Source: an uncultured delta proteobacterium
GTDB taxonomy: Bacteria; Desulfobacterota; Desulfuromonadia; Desulfuromonadales; BM103
Assembly: GCA_963715335.1 (NCBI GenBank)
Contig: CAVQRZ010000019.1
Coordinates: 64,001 to 128,000, forward strand
DNA: 64,000 nt
Reading direction: 5' to 3'
Notes under the pieces: model-generated
Seen by the model: only the letters and a program-made list of their open reading frames with translations
The model's database searches: none
What the model was told of the DNA's origin: nothing
Made by a program: the position numbers and the translations under genes
Part shown: positions 30,096-41,537 of the stretch, in pieces
How positions within the stretch are numbered: the stretch's first letter is position 1
How the letters are laid out: every line of letters starts with the position of its first letter

Positions 30096-31724
30096 TCAGT
30101 AATTTTCGTGACCGCTTTTCTGCAGGTAGTAATCGTAATTGCCTTCGTAGGAGAGCATCTCTCCATGATCAATGGCAAAAACCCGCGACACCAGTGAACG
30201 CAGGAAGTGGCGGTCGTGGCTGACCAGAACCACGGTGCCGGCGAAAGCCTGCAAAGCCTCCAGCAAGACCTCGCGTGATTGAATGTCCAGGTGATTGGTC
30301 GGTTCATCAAGCACCAGGAAGTTGAGTGGCCGAGCCAGGAGCATCGCCAGCACCACCCGGCTCTTCTCCCCGCCGGACAGGTTCGCTATGCGTTTTTCAA
30401 CATCATCGCCCTGAAACAAAAATGCGGCGCAAAGGTTGCGGATGACCCCGATCGAAGCCATCGGCATCGTCTCCTGGATCGTTGCAAAAACGGTCTTTCC
30501 CGCATCGAGCAGCTCCATCGAATGCTGACTGAAGTAACCGAGATGGACGTTGGCGCCAATCGTCACACTCCCGGCCGTCGGTTCGGTCTGCCCCGCCAGG
30601 CATTTCAGAAAGGTTGACTTGCCGGCGCCGTTGACCCCGACTACGGCAATCTTCTCGCCGCGGCGGATCAAGCCGGAGACCCCGCCAAAGACGGACTTTT
30701 CTTGCCCCTCAGGCAGCGGCCAGATTTTGGCCAAGCCGTCTATCCTGGCAACGTCATCGCCAGCGCGTGGCGGCTCGGCAAATTGGAATTTGACCACTTT
30801 CTGTTCGGCCGGGATTTCAATGCGCTCGATCTTCTCGAGCTTTTTGACCCGTGACTGCACCTGGGCTGCATGGGAAGCGCGGGCCGCGAACCGGCTGATG
30901 AAGTCCTCTTCCTTGGCGAGCATTTCCTGCTGGCGCCGGTGGCTGGCGAGCAACTGTTCACGACGGAGCTCCCGCTCGCGCAGATAAAAATCGTAATTGC
31001 CACTATAGGTCGTGATGGTCCCGGAGCAGACCTCGATGATCCGCGACACCAGGCGATTCATGAATTCACGATCATGGCTCGTCATCAGCACCGCGCCCTT
31101 GAATTCGGTTGCCAGCCAATTCTCGAGCCAGACAATCGACTCGACATCAAGGTGGTTGGTCGGCTCATCCAGCAGCAGCACATCCGGGTTGAGTGTCAGT
31201 ATCCTGGCCAGGGCAATCCGCATTTTCCAGCCGCCGCTGAAGCTCTCGACCGGCCGGTGGTAAGCTTCCGGACCGACCCCGAGCCCTGTCAGGACCGCCT
31301 GGGCGCGGTTCTCCAGATCATAACCGCCACGATGCTCAAACTCTTCCTGTGCATCGCCATACTTTTCCAGCAGTGTCGTCAGGGCGTCATCAGCCATCGG
31401 CTCGCACATGGCGGCTTCCATGGCTTTGATCTCTTCACCAAGCTGCATGGTGCGGGCAGATGCTGCCATAACCTCGACCAGGGCTGACCGGCCGTTCATT
31501 TCACCAACGTCCTGTGAGAAATAACCGATGACGGTTTTTTTACTGCAGCTGATCTCGCCGCCATCGAGTTGTTCCTCGCCAGTGATCAGGCGGAAGATTG
31601 TCGACTTGCCGGCACCGTTCGGGCCGACCAGGCCGCTGCGACTGCCCGGAGTGATCTGGAAGCTGGCGTTCTGGAAGAGGACGTGCGTGCCGTGCTGTCG
31701 GGTGATGTTGATCAGATGTACCAT
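30096..31724 (-). CDS. ABC-F family ATPase
   Basis: two ABC cassettes (GPNGAGKS, GVNGAGKS; DEPTNHLD twice); no TM domains. Confidence 0.95.
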   Translation of the reverse strand: MVHLINITRQHGTHVLFQNASFQITPGSRSGLVGPNGAGKSTIFRLITGEEQLDGGEISCSKKTVIGYFSQDVGEMNGRSALVEVMAASARTMQLGEEIKAMEAAMCEPMADDALTTLLEKYGDAQEEFEHRGGYDLENRAQAVLTGLGVGPEAYHRPVESFSGGWKMRIALARILTLNPDVLLLDEPTNHLDVESIVWLENWLATEFKGAVLMTSHDREFMNRLVSRIIEVCSGTITTYSGNYDFYLRERELRREQLLASHRRQQEMLAKEEDFISRFAARASHAAQVQSRVKKLEKIERIEIPAEQKVVKFQFAEPPRAGDDVARIDGLAKIWPLPEGQEKSVFGGVSGLIRRGEKIAVVGVNGAGKSTFLKCLAGQTEPTAGSVTIGANVHLGYFSQHSMELLDAGKTVFATIQETMPMASIGVIRNLCAAFLFQGDDVEKRIANLSGGEKSRVVLAMLLARPLNFLVLDEPTNHLDIQSREVLLEALQAFAGTVVLVSHDRHFLRSLVSRVFAIDHGEMLSYEGNYDYYLQKSGHENY

Positions 31725-31741
31725 TGATTGACCTCAAAGAA

Positions 31742-31778
31742 CCGGGGAGCAGCCAACTGGCTGCTCCCCGGGAAAACA
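31742..31778 (-). terminator. hairpin/terminator after ppnP
   Basis: CCGGGGAGCAGCC/GGCTGCTCCCCGG. Confidence 0.6.
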
Positions 31779-31795
31779 TTTTTTCATGGACCGCT

Positions 31796-32125
31796 TTACT
31801 CGAAGGAACAGACGTACTCGGTGATGCCGGTCTTGACCTCGATGGTAAAAGACGAATTGCCAGGCACTTTGAAAAATGAACCAGGTGCGTAGTCCGTCGA
31901 CTGCTCTTCCCCGGCCAAGAGAACCCGGCAGCTGCCGGCTATAATTTCCATGACTTCGGGGACTTTGGTGTCAAATTTATAACTTCCCGGGTAAACCAGG
32001 CCGAAGGTCTTGCGACGGCCATCAGCCAGGACGATAGTGTGGCTGACGACCTTGCCATCGAAATAGATATTTGCCTTGCAGGCTGCAGTGACATTGGTAA
32101 ATTTTTCGGGGGCTGTATAACTCAC
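31796..32125 (-). CDS. ppnP: pyrimidine/purine nucleoside phosphorylase (DUF1255)
   Basis: ANIYFDGKVVSH, F.VPGNSSF, Y.CSF; AAGGAG RBS and GTG start. Confidence 0.88.
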   Translation of the reverse strand: MSYTAPEKFTNVTAACKANIYFDGKVVSHTIVLADGRRKTFGLVYPGSYKFDTKVPEVMEIIAGSCRVLLAGEEQSTDYAPGSFFKVPGNSSFTIEVKTGITEYVCSFE

Positions 32126-32375
32126 GATCGTCTCCTTGGCTCGCGATTGCAACTTCTGTGTGTGACCTTCTACAACACAGCCTAATCTTTGTCACGCGGA
32201 AAACATTCCCGTCCCTGTCCTCTCGCATATTCAGGTGAAAAAATCCCGAGAGGTTCTTTCATCCGGAACAAACTACGGTATCCTGTAGCACAATGAGATC
32301 ACAGGAAATGTCCAGCGTTCAGGGCTCTCCGGGGCGCTCGTCGTCAAAAAAAATCACGTACACAAAAAAAATGAT

Positions 32376-32417
32376 TGACCTTCAAGGTAAATAATTATTA
32401 ACTGACCAAAATGGTCA
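32376..32417. promoter_or_regulatory. paired operator sites upstream of the glyoxylate operon
   Basis: TGACC-N5-GGTAA (32376-32390) and perfect TGACCA-AAA-TGGTCA (32403-32417). Confidence 0.6.
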
Positions 32418-32460
32418 TATATACTGGCCTATCACAGCATCACATAGGGGGAGACATCAG

Positions 32461-34377
32461 ATGAGTAAAGCCGCAACGAGCAACCCGAGCACCAAACTGA
32501 CTATCAGAGACCATCTCGCCGAAGAATATTCTGACATTTACACACCTGAAGCGCTGGCTGCGCTCGCTCACATGGCCCGGTTCGACCTTGAACAGAAACG
32601 CCTGATGGACGAGCGCACCAAACGTCGCCTCGCCCGGATGCGCGATCGCCGACCAATCGGCTTTCTGCCGGCAAATAGCGAGATCAAGGGAACCGGGATC
32701 CGTGTCCAGGCCGCCCGCGATGGCAACTTCGTCGGTGCGGTGATCCCGCACGACCTCCAGCGCCAGTGGCTGCAGGGCACAGGGCCCGCGGCCAAGCCGA
32801 ATTCTCCGGTCAAGGCCAATCTCCGCAATGTCGCCTACGCTCTGCTCTCCGGTGCCGACGGCTGGATGTTCGATGGTGAAGATGCCCTGGGCCAGATCAC
32901 CAACATGTCTCTCGATAACCTGCGCAGCCTCAAGCTGGCAATTGCCCGCGACCCGCAATTCCTCGAAGTCGCTGAGGCGGTCGCCGAAGAGATGAACGCC
33001 TGGGCGCGCGACTTCTTCGGTCGCGAGATTGTCTCTGACTGGCGCAAGCAGCTTGATTTCACCACCAAGATCTTCCGTGCCCGCGGCCTGCATCTCGATG
33101 ACCGCCACATCCGTCTGAATGGTGAATCGTTCTCTGCATCGATAACCGACATGACCCTGTACGTGGTCAACAATTATAAAGTCTTGCAGGCGGCCGGTTC
33201 TTCAATTGTCCTGTACCTGCCGAAAATCCAGACCGCCGAGGAAGCCGGGTTCTGGAACCGGCTGCTTACTGCACTGGAAAGTTACCTGGGGCTGGACCAG
33301 GGCACGATCAAGGTCTACGTGCTGGTGGAACAGCTTGAGCAAACCTTCCAGTTGATGGAAATCAGGGCCGCGCTCGGTTTGCATTTCGTCGGCTTCAACA
33401 CCGGCCGCTGGGATTATATCAACAGCGTCTCCGACGCCAACTGCTGGGATCCGGACTTCATCAATCCCAACATCGAATCGATCGTTATGACCTACGGCTA
33501 CATGCGCAACTATGAGGACCGCGTCCGCCGGGCCGTCAACACTCCGGACGCCAACGGCAACTTCGCCCTCTGGCAGGGCGGCATGGAGCCGAATATCCCG
33601 GTCGGTTCGAAAGAAGGTGTTGCCAGCAGCATGAAGAAGGCCAAGGCCGGTGCCGTACGAGAGCAGCAGGAAGGGGCCTGCGGCAAGTGGATCGCGCACT
33701 GGAAGATGGCCCACATCATCCGACCGGTCTGGGAGGAGGTCGGTGAAGACAACCAGAGCGGTCGCAAGTTCCCGCCCCTGACCTACACCGATGAGGACGC
33801 TGCCGGCCTGACCCTGCTCGAACCGGCTCCGCGCACGGTGCGTGGTGCCCGCAACCTGCTCAGCGTCGCCCTGCAATATGGCAACGCCTTCGGCCAGGGG
33901 ATGCAGGCCGCGGCACTCAAGCCTGCGGACTTTTTCGGCAATGACGATATTCTCTACCTGATGGAGGATATGGCGACCGGCGAGATTCGCCTGAGCATCC
34001 TGTGGGAGTGGATTCACAAAGGTGCCGCCCTCACCGAGGACGACCCTGCAACCGGCCTGAAGGCCGGCGATGTTTTCAGCGTGGGAATTTTCAACCGTCT
34101 GCTCGAGGAGGAATACGCCAAACTTCAGGCAGCGAGCAATCGCGATGTTCACGACAACTCCAAGGGAACCACCCTGCCGATTGCCCGCGCCATCGTCGAG
34201 GCCTATGTCCTCGATGACACCAAGGCCCCCTGGTACATCGACCTGTTGAATATCAATCTCAACAACCACGACCTCAATGTGGCCAAACAACGCATCAGCC
34301 GATATCTGGAGGCTTTCAAAAAAGAGGGCACTCGTATCACTGAAAATCTTGACACTTTGCCGGCCCAAGGCCGCTAG
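32461..34377 (+). CDS. aceB: malate synthase
   Basis: RARGLHLDD, YLPK, GFNTGRWDYI, LMEDMATGEIR. Confidence 0.88.
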   Translation: MSKAATSNPSTKLTIRDHLAEEYSDIYTPEALAALAHMARFDLEQKRLMDERTKRRLARMRDRRPIGFLPANSEIKGTGIRVQAARDGNFVGAVIPHDLQRQWLQGTGPAAKPNSPVKANLRNVAYALLSGADGWMFDGEDALGQITNMSLDNLRSLKLAIARDPQFLEVAEAVAEEMNAWARDFFGREIVSDWRKQLDFTTKIFRARGLHLDDRHIRLNGESFSASITDMTLYVVNNYKVLQAAGSSIVLYLPKIQTAEEAGFWNRLLTALESYLGLDQGTIKVYVLVEQLEQTFQLMEIRAALGLHFVGFNTGRWDYINSVSDANCWDPDFINPNIESIVMTYGYMRNYEDRVRRAVNTPDANGNFALWQGGMEPNIPVGSKEGVASSMKKAKAGAVREQQEGACGKWIAHWKMAHIIRPVWEEVGEDNQSGRKFPPLTYTDEDAAGLTLLEPAPRTVRGARNLLSVALQYGNAFGQGMQAAALKPADFFGNDDILYLMEDMATGEIRLSILWEWIHKGAALTEDDPATGLKAGDVFSVGIFNRLLEEEYAKLQAASNRDVHDNSKGTTLPIARAIVEAYVLDDTKAPWYIDLLNINLNNHDLNVAKQRISRYLEAFKKEGTRITENLDTLPAQGR

Positions 34378-34395
34378 GATAAACGGGAGAAACAA

Positions 34396-36651
34396 ATGAA
34401 CAGATTCGCTGAGGACGTCAAGGCAACCCGAGACTGGTTCGCCAACCCGCGCTTTGAGGGCATCCTGCGCCTCTATACGCCCGACCAGGTGGTCGAGCAG
34501 CGCGGGACCATCCCGGTTGACTACACGATTGCACGGGACGCCGCGGCAGCTTTCTACGACCGCCTGCGGGAGTTGTTCAACGCAGGCAAATCCATCACCA
34601 CCTTCGGCCCCTACTCGCCAGGCCAGGCCGTTTCCATCAAGCGTATGGGGATCGAAGGGATTTATCTCGGTGGCTGGGCAACCTCGGCCAAAGGCTCAGT
34701 CAATGAGGACCCCGGTCCCGATCTGGCCAGCTATCCCTTGAGTCAGGTCCCCGATGAGGCCGCGCCGTTGGTCAGGGCTCTCCTGGCTGCAGACCGCAAC
34801 CAGTACTTTCTGCGTCTGCGCATGAGTGAAAAAGACCGCGCCCGGGTGCCGGAAGTTGACTACCGGCCCTTCATTATCGCAGATGCCGACACCGGCCACG
34901 GCGGTGACGCCCACGTGCGCAACCTGGTCCGACGCTTCGTTGAAGTCGGTGTGCCGGGTTACCACATTGAAGACCAGAAACCGGGTGTGAAAAAGTGCGG
35001 CCACCAGGCCGGCAAGGTTCTGGTCCCGGTCGATGAGCAGATCAAGCGCCTCAACGCGGCACGCTTTCAGCTTGACGTCATGCGGGTGCCGGGGATCATC
35101 GTTGCCAGGACCGACGCCGAGGCGGCGACCTTCCTCGACGGCCGCGGCGATGAGCGCGATCATCGCTTCATCCTGGGCGCCACCAATACCAATATTCCCA
35201 ACTACAAGACGGCTTTCCTCGCCGTCATGCGCCGGTTCCACGCCAAAGGGGTTCCGGAGATCAACGGCCACCTGATGTACCGCATCTCCGACGAGGCCTA
35301 CGCCGCGGCTGATGAATGGCTGAACAAGAATGGCCTCTCCGCAGAAATCGACGCCGCGATCAAGGCGCTGCCTGAGCATAGCACCATCGTGATCAACGCC
35401 GCCCTCGATGATGCGGCAACCCGCCTGCTCGACCTCTGGCAGATGGAAGCCAGCATGAAGACCTACGGTGAAGCCGTTGCCGACGTCATGGCCTTCCACC
35501 TCGACGAGGGTGCCGAACTGCCGATGAGCGTCGAGGATTGGAACGCTTTCGTCGAACAGGCTTCTTTCGTCGAGGCGCGCCAGAAAGCCCGTTCCATGGG
35601 CTTCAATATCATCTGGAATTGCGATATCGCCCGCACCCCGGAAGGCTATTACCAGGTCAAGGGCGGCATCCCCTACGCTATCGCCAAGTCTCTGGCCGTA
35701 GCGCCCTTTGCCGATATCCTGTGGATGGAGACCAAGACCGCCGACCTCCACGATGCCAAGATCTTCGCCGACGCCATCCACGCGGTCTATCCGGACAAGA
35801 TGATGGCCTACAACCTCTCGCCATCTTTCAACTGGGACTCTACCGGCATGAGTGAAGAGGCAATGAGCGCCTTTCCAACGGAACTCGGCAAGATGGGCTT
35901 CGTCTTCAACTTCATTACCTACGGCGGTCACCAGGTCGACGGCATGGCCGGTGAAGAGTTTGCCCGCGCCCTCAAGGAGGACGGCATGCTCGCCCTGGCC
36001 CGCCTGCAGCGCAAGCTGAGGCTGGTCGACTCACCCTACAAGACCCCACAGACCTACGTTGGCGGCCCGCGCTCCGATGCCGGGTTGATGGCAGTATCCG
36101 GCGGCACCGCGACCACCAAGGCAATGGGCAAGGGTTCAACCCAGTACCAGCACCTGATCGAAACCGAAGTGCCGCCGAAGCGCCTGGAAGATTGGCTCAA
36201 GCACTGGGCCGGGCACTACAAACTGGACTCAGATCTGCGGGTCACGCTCAGACCGCACACGGCGGGTTCGGAGTTGCTCCAATTAACGGTCGTCGACAGC
36301 AAGAATGCGAAAATGGCGAACATCATCTTCGCCGTTCTGCAGGATCGTCGCGAGCGCAACATGCTCTCGATCCGCGACCAGAACACCTTCAACGAGGACT
36401 TCCGCAAGAAACGCCTGATGACCCTGATTACGCTGTTCCTGATCCATCGTTACAAGGCCGTGTCTGTCCACTATGTCACCCCGACCGAGGACAACCAGTT
36501 TCAGGCCGAGGGGATGCAGGGGCTTGGCCTGTACGAGGAGATCCGTACCGAGATCGGCGAGATCATCGTCGCCCAGGTCAACGCCGACCGGGTCAAAGAC
36601 CTGGTCAAGCCGGACAGCGAGGAGTTGAAGAAGCTGATTGCGAAAAGCTGA
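34396..36651 (+). CDS. aceA: isocitrate lyase, long ICL2-type
   Basis: ADADTGHGG, catalytic [19 protein letters not shown]; internal insert and C-terminal extension. Confidence 0.92.
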   Translation: MNRFAEDVKATRDWFANPRFEGILRLYTPDQVVEQRGTIPVDYTIARDAAAAFYDRLRELFNAGKSITTFGPYSPGQAVSIKRMGIEGIYLGGWATSAKGSVNEDPGPDLASYPLSQVPDEAAPLVRALLAADRNQYFLRLRMSEKDRARVPEVDYRPFIIADADTGHGGDAHVRNLVRRFVEVGVPGYHIEDQKPGVKKCGHQAGKVLVPVDEQIKRLNAARFQLDVMRVPGIIVARTDAEAATFLDGRGDERDHRFILGATNTNIPNYKTAFLAVMRRFHAKGVPEINGHLMYRISDEAYAAADEWLNKNGLSAEIDAAIKALPEHSTIVINAALDDAATRLLDLWQMEASMKTYGEAVADVMAFHLDEGAELPMSVEDWNAFVEQASFVEARQKARSMGFNIIWNCDIARTPEGYYQVKGGIPYAIAKSLAVAPFADILWMETKTADLHDAKIFADAIHAVYPDKMMAYNLSPSFNWDSTGMSEEAMSAFPTELGKMGFVFNFITYGGHQVDGMAGEEFARALKEDGMLALARLQRKLRLVDSPYKTPQTYVGGPRSDAGLMAVSGGTATTKAMGKGSTQYQHLIETEVPPKRLEDWLKHWAGHYKLDSDLRVTLRPHTAGSELLQLTVVDSKNAKMANIIFAVLQDRRERNMLSIRDQNTFNEDFRKKRLMTLITLFLIHRYKAVSVHYVTPTEDNQFQAEGMQGLGLYEEIRTEIGEIIVAQVNADRVKDLVKPDSEELKKLIAKS

Positions 36652-36674
36652 GTTAACCGGACAGGACTCAACGC

Positions 36675-36710
36675 AGAACACCGCTGGACAGAGGGTCCAG
36701 CGGTGTTCTT
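36675..36710 (+). terminator. terminator after isocitrate lyase
   Basis: AGAACACCGCTGGAC/GTCCAGCGGTGTTCT. Confidence 0.7.
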
Positions 36711-37244
36711 GTTACCGGGTGCTTGCACAGAGCCGGGGGATGTCTCAGGATGCCCGATATAATCTGAGAACCATTGCGAGGGTTGGTTGCAATTCGGTTA
36801 GGCGCGCCTGGGACTTTACCGCTGATCGTGACCTGCAAGAAAAAAGCCCCACAGTTCTGGAGGTAGAGACTGTGGGGCAAGCTTTTCTATGTTTAGGAGG
36901 TTTTGAAGAAGATTATCTCTGACCCGCCTGCCACAGCAAGTCTTCGATGGTTGTCAATTTAGCGAATCCTGCAAGAAAAAGATACGTGGGGTTTCGTAAA
37001 CTTTACATCGATACCACACGAAACCGTACTGTGCAAAGGCGCATTACCGTGCTGCCGAGCAACAGTGATCAATAAACCCGTTCTCGTCGTCTCAGGATGA
37101 GTGCCTTCTGTGCGAGGCTAAATCCTGTGGCCTGTTTGGCTTTTTTGCCTTCAAGGCTTCCCTGAGACGACGAATCGTTTATAATGCCTGAATCTCGATC
37201 CGTGACTAACTGCATTCAGCCATAAATATTTTGGGAGCGCAAAG

Positions 37245-38327
37245 ATGTCCAGTTCTCTTGGTACCCTGTTTCGTGTCAGTACTTTTGGTGAATCCCATGG
37301 TGTCGGAGTCGGTGCGATTGTCGACGGTTGTCCGGCCGGTTTGCAGCTGTCCGAGTCTGACATCCAGCCGCAACTCGATCGCCGTCGGCCGGGGCAGAGT
37401 GATCTCACCACGCCACGCGAAGAAGCCGACCGCGTAACGATTCTTTCCGGGGTCGAAAACGGGCTGACTCTCGGCACTCCGATCGGCCTGCTGGTGCACA
37501 ACAAGGACCAGCGCCCCGGTGATTATGGCGAAATGGACCAGATTCCCCGCCCTTCGCATGCTGATTTTACTTACCAGGCCAAGTACGGCATTCGTGCCAG
37601 CAGTGGCGGTGGCCGGTCGAGTGCCCGCGAGACTATCGGCCGGGTGGCGGCCGGGGCGATCGCGGAAAAAATTCTGCGTGAGATGTGGGGTGTGGAGATC
37701 GTTGCCTGGGTCAGCTCTGTGGGTGCCGAAGAGGCCACTGATGTGGATGCTGACAACGTCAGCCGTGACCAGGTCGATGCCAACCTGTCGCGCTGCCCGG
37801 ACAACTCTTCGGCGGCCCGGATGGAGGCCCTGGTGCGCGAAGTCTTGGGGGCCAAGGATTCGGTCGGGGGCGTGGTCAGCTGCGTCTGCCGGCATCTTCC
37901 GGTCGGCTGGGGGGAGCCGGTATTCGACAAGCTCGAAGCCAAGCTCGCCCAGGCGATGCTGTCCCTGCCGGCGACCAAGGGCTTTGAGATCGGCTCCGGC
38001 TTCGCCGGGACCCGTTTGCGAGGTTCCCAGCACAATGACCCTTTCGTTCAGAAAGGCGACCGACTGGGTACGGTGACCAATTATGCCGGCGGCACCCTCG
38101 GCGGCATCTCCAGTGGTGAGCCGGTCCTGTTCCGGGTGGCCTTCAAGCCGGTGGCAACGATTGGTCGGTCACAACAGACGGTCGATTTCAAAGGCAAGCC
38201 GGTGACCCTGGAGGCTAAGGGCCGGCACGACCCGTGTGTGGTGCCGCGCGCCGTGCCGATCGTCGAATCGATGGCGGCACTGGTGCTGCTCGATTTAGCG
38301 CTGAGACAGAAGGTCCGAGGCGTGTAG
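37245..38327 (+). CDS. aroC: chorismate synthase
   Basis: GESHG, RPSHAD, RSSARET, FKP, RHDPC. Confidence 0.97.
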   Translation: MSSSLGTLFRVSTFGESHGVGVGAIVDGCPAGLQLSESDIQPQLDRRRPGQSDLTTPREEADRVTILSGVENGLTLGTPIGLLVHNKDQRPGDYGEMDQIPRPSHADFTYQAKYGIRASSGGGRSSARETIGRVAAGAIAEKILREMWGVEIVAWVSSVGAEEATDVDADNVSRDQVDANLSRCPDNSSAARMEALVREVLGAKDSVGGVVSCVCRHLPVGWGEPVFDKLEAKLAQAMLSLPATKGFEIGSGFAGTRLRGSQHNDPFVQKGDRLGTVTNYAGGTLGGISSGEPVLFRVAFKPVATIGRSQQTVDFKGKPVTLEAKGRHDPCVVPRAVPIVESMAALVLLDLALRQKVRGV

Positions 38328-38537
38328 CGCGAGGCGTGATGAGTTTTTACATCAAAATCTTTGTTTCACGCTAAGACGTAGAGGGAAGCAAAGCATCTTT
38401 TGGCTAAATGCAGATCTTTCTTCGCGCCTTTGCGTCTTGAGCGAGCAAATCGAACGGGCGTGATAACCGCCTTTGTTCTGCTTGAATTGTAATGCAATGG
38501 GCGTTTCCTGCGTTCCACGTCGAGGGCTGTTGCTTCC

Positions 38538-40343
38538 ATGACAAAATCAATTGATCCTCGCCAGACCCTGCAAGAGGTGTTTGGCTATTCCGAATTCCGT
38601 CCGCACCAGGAACCCATCATCACAAGCCTGATCGAAGGCCGCGATGCGTTTGTCCTGATGCCGACCGGCGGCGGCAAGTCGCTCTGTTACCAGGTTCCAG
38701 CCCTGCATCGCGACGGGGTCGCAATTATCGTGTCGCCCCTGATCTCACTGATGAAGGACCAGGTCGATGCGTTGGTCGTCAACGGTGTCCGGGCGGCATT
38801 CTATAATTCCTCTCTCAAGGCTGAAGAAGCACGCAAAATTCTCGCCCAACTGCATGCCAGGCAACTGGACCTGCTCTACGTTGCTCCGGAGCGGCTGTTG
38901 AGCAATGATTTCCTCGAGCGGCTGCGTGGCCTGGAGATCGCTCTGTTTGCGATTGACGAGGCGCACTGTGTGTCCCAGTGGGGTCACGACTTCCGGCCCG
39001 AGTATGTGCAACTGGGGCAGCTGCGCAGGCATTTCCCCAAAGTGCCGATGATCGGCCTGACCGCCACGGCTGACCCACAGACCCGGCAGGATATACTGCA
39101 CAAACTTGGTCTGCAGCAAGCCGAGTGTTTTGTCACCGGGTTCGACCGGCCGAATATCCGTTACACGGTTGTCGAAAAACAGAAGCCATTCGATCAGCTG
39201 CAGGCTTTTCTTGCCAATCATCGCGGCGAAGCAGGGATCGTTTATGCCTTGTCGCGCAAGCGGGTCGAAGAGGTGGCTGAGCGATTGGCTGCGTCCGGAG
39301 TCAGGGCACGGGCCTACCATGCCGGCCTGGGCGACAAGGAGCGTAAAACGGTCCAGGAGATGTTCCTGCGCGACGACATCGAAATCGTCGTCGCAACAGT
39401 CGCCTTCGGGATGGGTATCGACAAGCCGAATGTCCGCTTCGTGGTGCACTACGACCTGCCGAAAAACATCGAGAGTTATTATCAGGAAACCGGTCGCTCC
39501 GGACGCGACGGTTTACCGGCGGAAGCGTTGTTGCTGTTCGGCTATGGGGATATCGCTATCTGTCGCGGCCTGATTGAAAAGGGCGGCAACCCGGAACAGA
39601 AACGCATCGAACTACACAAGCTGCAGGCGATGGTCGGTTTCGGCGAGGCCCAGACCTGCCGTCGGCGGGTGTTGCTTGGCTATTTTGGTGAGCGGCTCGA
39701 GCAAGACTGCGGCAATTGCGATGTCTGCCTCAATCCACCGGAGAGCTACGACGCGACAGTCGATGCACAGAAGGCGCTCTCCTGCGTCTTCCGGGTCGGG
39801 CAGCGCTTCGGCGTCGGTCATGTGGTCGATGTCCTGCGCGGCGCGCATACCCAGCGCGTACTTGATCTCGGCCACGACCAGCTATCAACTTACGGGATCG
39901 GCGCCGAAAAGGTCGCCGAAGCCTGGAACAGTCTGATCCGACAGTTGATCCATCGCGGCTACCTGGTGCAGGACGTTGCCGCTTACTCGGTGTTGAAACT
40001 CACCGGAGCGGCTCGCCCGCTTTTACGCGGCGAGGAAAAGTTGTTGCTGGCGAAGCCACGGATCAAGGTGAAACCCTTGCAGAAGAAGGGTCGGATCCAG
40101 GTTGGTGACTTTGATTACGATGACGACCTCTTTGAGCTTTTGCGCATGCGGCGGAAAAGAATCGCTGACGCCGCAGGGGTCCCGCCTTACGTCATCTTCG
40201 CTGATGCGACGCTGGCGGAGATGGCGGCAAAAATGCCGACTGATGAAGAGGCTATGATGGCGATCAACGGTGTCGGCAAACACAAGCTGCGCAGGTTCGG
40301 TGCCGAGTTTATAGATGAGATTGTCGGTTATATGTGCCGCTGA
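38538..40343 (+). CDS. recQ: ATP-dependent DNA helicase RecQ
   Basis: [25 protein letters not shown], Zn/RQC domain, HRDC (VPPYVIF). Confidence 0.97.
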   Translation: MTKSIDPRQTLQEVFGYSEFRPHQEPIITSLIEGRDAFVLMPTGGGKSLCYQVPALHRDGVAIIVSPLISLMKDQVDALVVNGVRAAFYNSSLKAEEARKILAQLHARQLDLLYVAPERLLSNDFLERLRGLEIALFAIDEAHCVSQWGHDFRPEYVQLGQLRRHFPKVPMIGLTATADPQTRQDILHKLGLQQAECFVTGFDRPNIRYTVVEKQKPFDQLQAFLANHRGEAGIVYALSRKRVEEVAERLAASGVRARAYHAGLGDKERKTVQEMFLRDDIEIVVATVAFGMGIDKPNVRFVVHYDLPKNIESYYQETGRSGRDGLPAEALLLFGYGDIAICRGLIEKGGNPEQKRIELHKLQAMVGFGEAQTCRRRVLLGYFGERLEQDCGNCDVCLNPPESYDATVDAQKALSCVFRVGQRFGVGHVVDVLRGAHTQRVLDLGHDQLSTYGIGAEKVAEAWNSLIRQLIHRGYLVQDVAAYSVLKLTGAARPLLRGEEKLLLAKPRIKVKPLQKKGRIQVGDFDYDDDLFELLRMRRKRIADAAGVPPYVIFADATLAEMAAKMPTDEEAMMAINGVGKHKLRRFGAEFIDEIVGYMCR

Positions 40344-40370
40344 CGTTTGCTACGCCATCTGTTCCACCAG

Positions 40371-40943
40371 TCAGGTGCGCAGGCTGTAGGAACGCTGAAG
40401 AGCAAGTGGCCGCTTTGTTATGGCCATCTCAGGGCCGGAGGAACTGGCGAAGCGGATGTTTTCAACGGTGTAGGTGGCTTGGGGGTTGTGCTGGCGGATC
40501 AGCGCGATGACCTCTGGCAACTGCTTGCGGCGTACGATGGTGAACAGGACCATCACCTGGCCGTGCCCTCCTTCGGCATCGATTCTGGTGACGTTGTAAG
40601 CCGCACCGCGCATAGCTTCGACCAGAGTGCTTGCGTCGCGCTGGGTTATGATCCTGATGACAAGCGTACCAAGGGCGATTTTCTCTTCCAGCCAGATGCC
40701 AACGACGTTGCCGCTGGCAAAGCCACCGGCAAAGGCAAGGTAAGCGGCCCAGCTGTTGACATTGTTCATAACCTGGCTGATCGCGATGATCCAGATCAGC
40801 GATTCGAAAAAACCAATCAATGCAGACAGCGTTTTCAACCCCCGAGTGAGGAAGATAATCCGCATCGTCCCTATGGAAACATCGATGACTCGAGCACAGA
40901 AAATCGCTAATAAAATGATCAGTGTCGACTCGTTTATCTCCAT
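40371..40943 (-). CDS. DUF2179/DUF5698 (UPF0316) membrane protein
   Basis: IFCARVIDVSIGTMRII, GFFESLIW, GFASGN..G. Confidence 0.85.
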   Translation of the reverse strand: MEINESTLIILLAIFCARVIDVSIGTMRIIFLTRGLKTLSALIGFFESLIWIIAISQVMNNVNSWAAYLAFAGGFASGNVVGIWLEEKIALGTLVIRIITQRDASTLVEAMRGAAYNVTRIDAEGGHGQVMVLFTIVRRKQLPEVIALIRQHNPQATYTVENIRFASSSGPEMAITKRPLALQRSYSLRT

Positions 40944-41468
40944 TCAGAAACCCTCTTGGTCATCCTTGCGACGCAGTCTCTTTATGCGTGCATGAACACC
41001 GTGTTGCAGGCTGGTGAATACTGATTCAAGGAGGTTGACACCGACCAGAATTCCGACCGTCAATATCGCGACAACGATAGCCGCAACGTTGCGGTCCTCC
41101 CCCGCCAGGACGCCGATTGCTGCAAGGACCCAGATGGTCGCTGCTGAGGTGACTCCCAACACAGAACCTTCACGGGTCAGAATAACCCCTGCGCCGAGAA
41201 AACCGATGCCGGTGACCACCTGGCCGACGACCCGCGACGGGTCGCCGAAGCTGCCGGCCACAGAACCACCGACCGCAACAAAAACATAGGTTCCCATGCA
41301 GATCAGGGTGCTGGTGCGAATCCCGGCAGGCTTGCCACAGAGCTGGCGTTCGAGACCCACAATGGCGCCGCAGAGAAAGGTTGTGATCAGGCCGCTCAAA
41401 CGCAAGGGTTCGATTGCCAGCTCAAACTGCTGAATGAGACTCAGGTCCACGGGCTGTTCCTTCTCCAT
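40944..41468 (-). CDS. MgtC/SapB family membrane protein
   Basis: GLER...AGIRT, DPSRVVGQVVTGIGFLGAG, TSAATIW. Confidence 0.9.
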   Translation of the reverse strand: MEKEQPVDLSLIQQFELAIEPLRLSGLITTFLCGAIVGLERQLCGKPAGIRTSTLICMGTYVFVAVGGSVAGSFGDPSRVVGQVVTGIGFLGAGVILTREGSVLGVTSAATIWVLAAIGVLAGEDRNVAAIVVAILTVGILVGVNLLESVFTSLQHGVHARIKRLRRKDDQEGF

Positions 41469-41537
41469 GCGCTCAAAAGAGCGATGAGCCGCCAAAGACT
41501 GCGTTGATTCTGCCCCTTAAACGCAGGATTTTCCGTT

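Noticed and set aside
33202..35931. Long antisense ORFs (also 11145-12287 and 21901-22887)
   Set aside because: Typical shadows of GC-biased codon usage opposite well-supported genes
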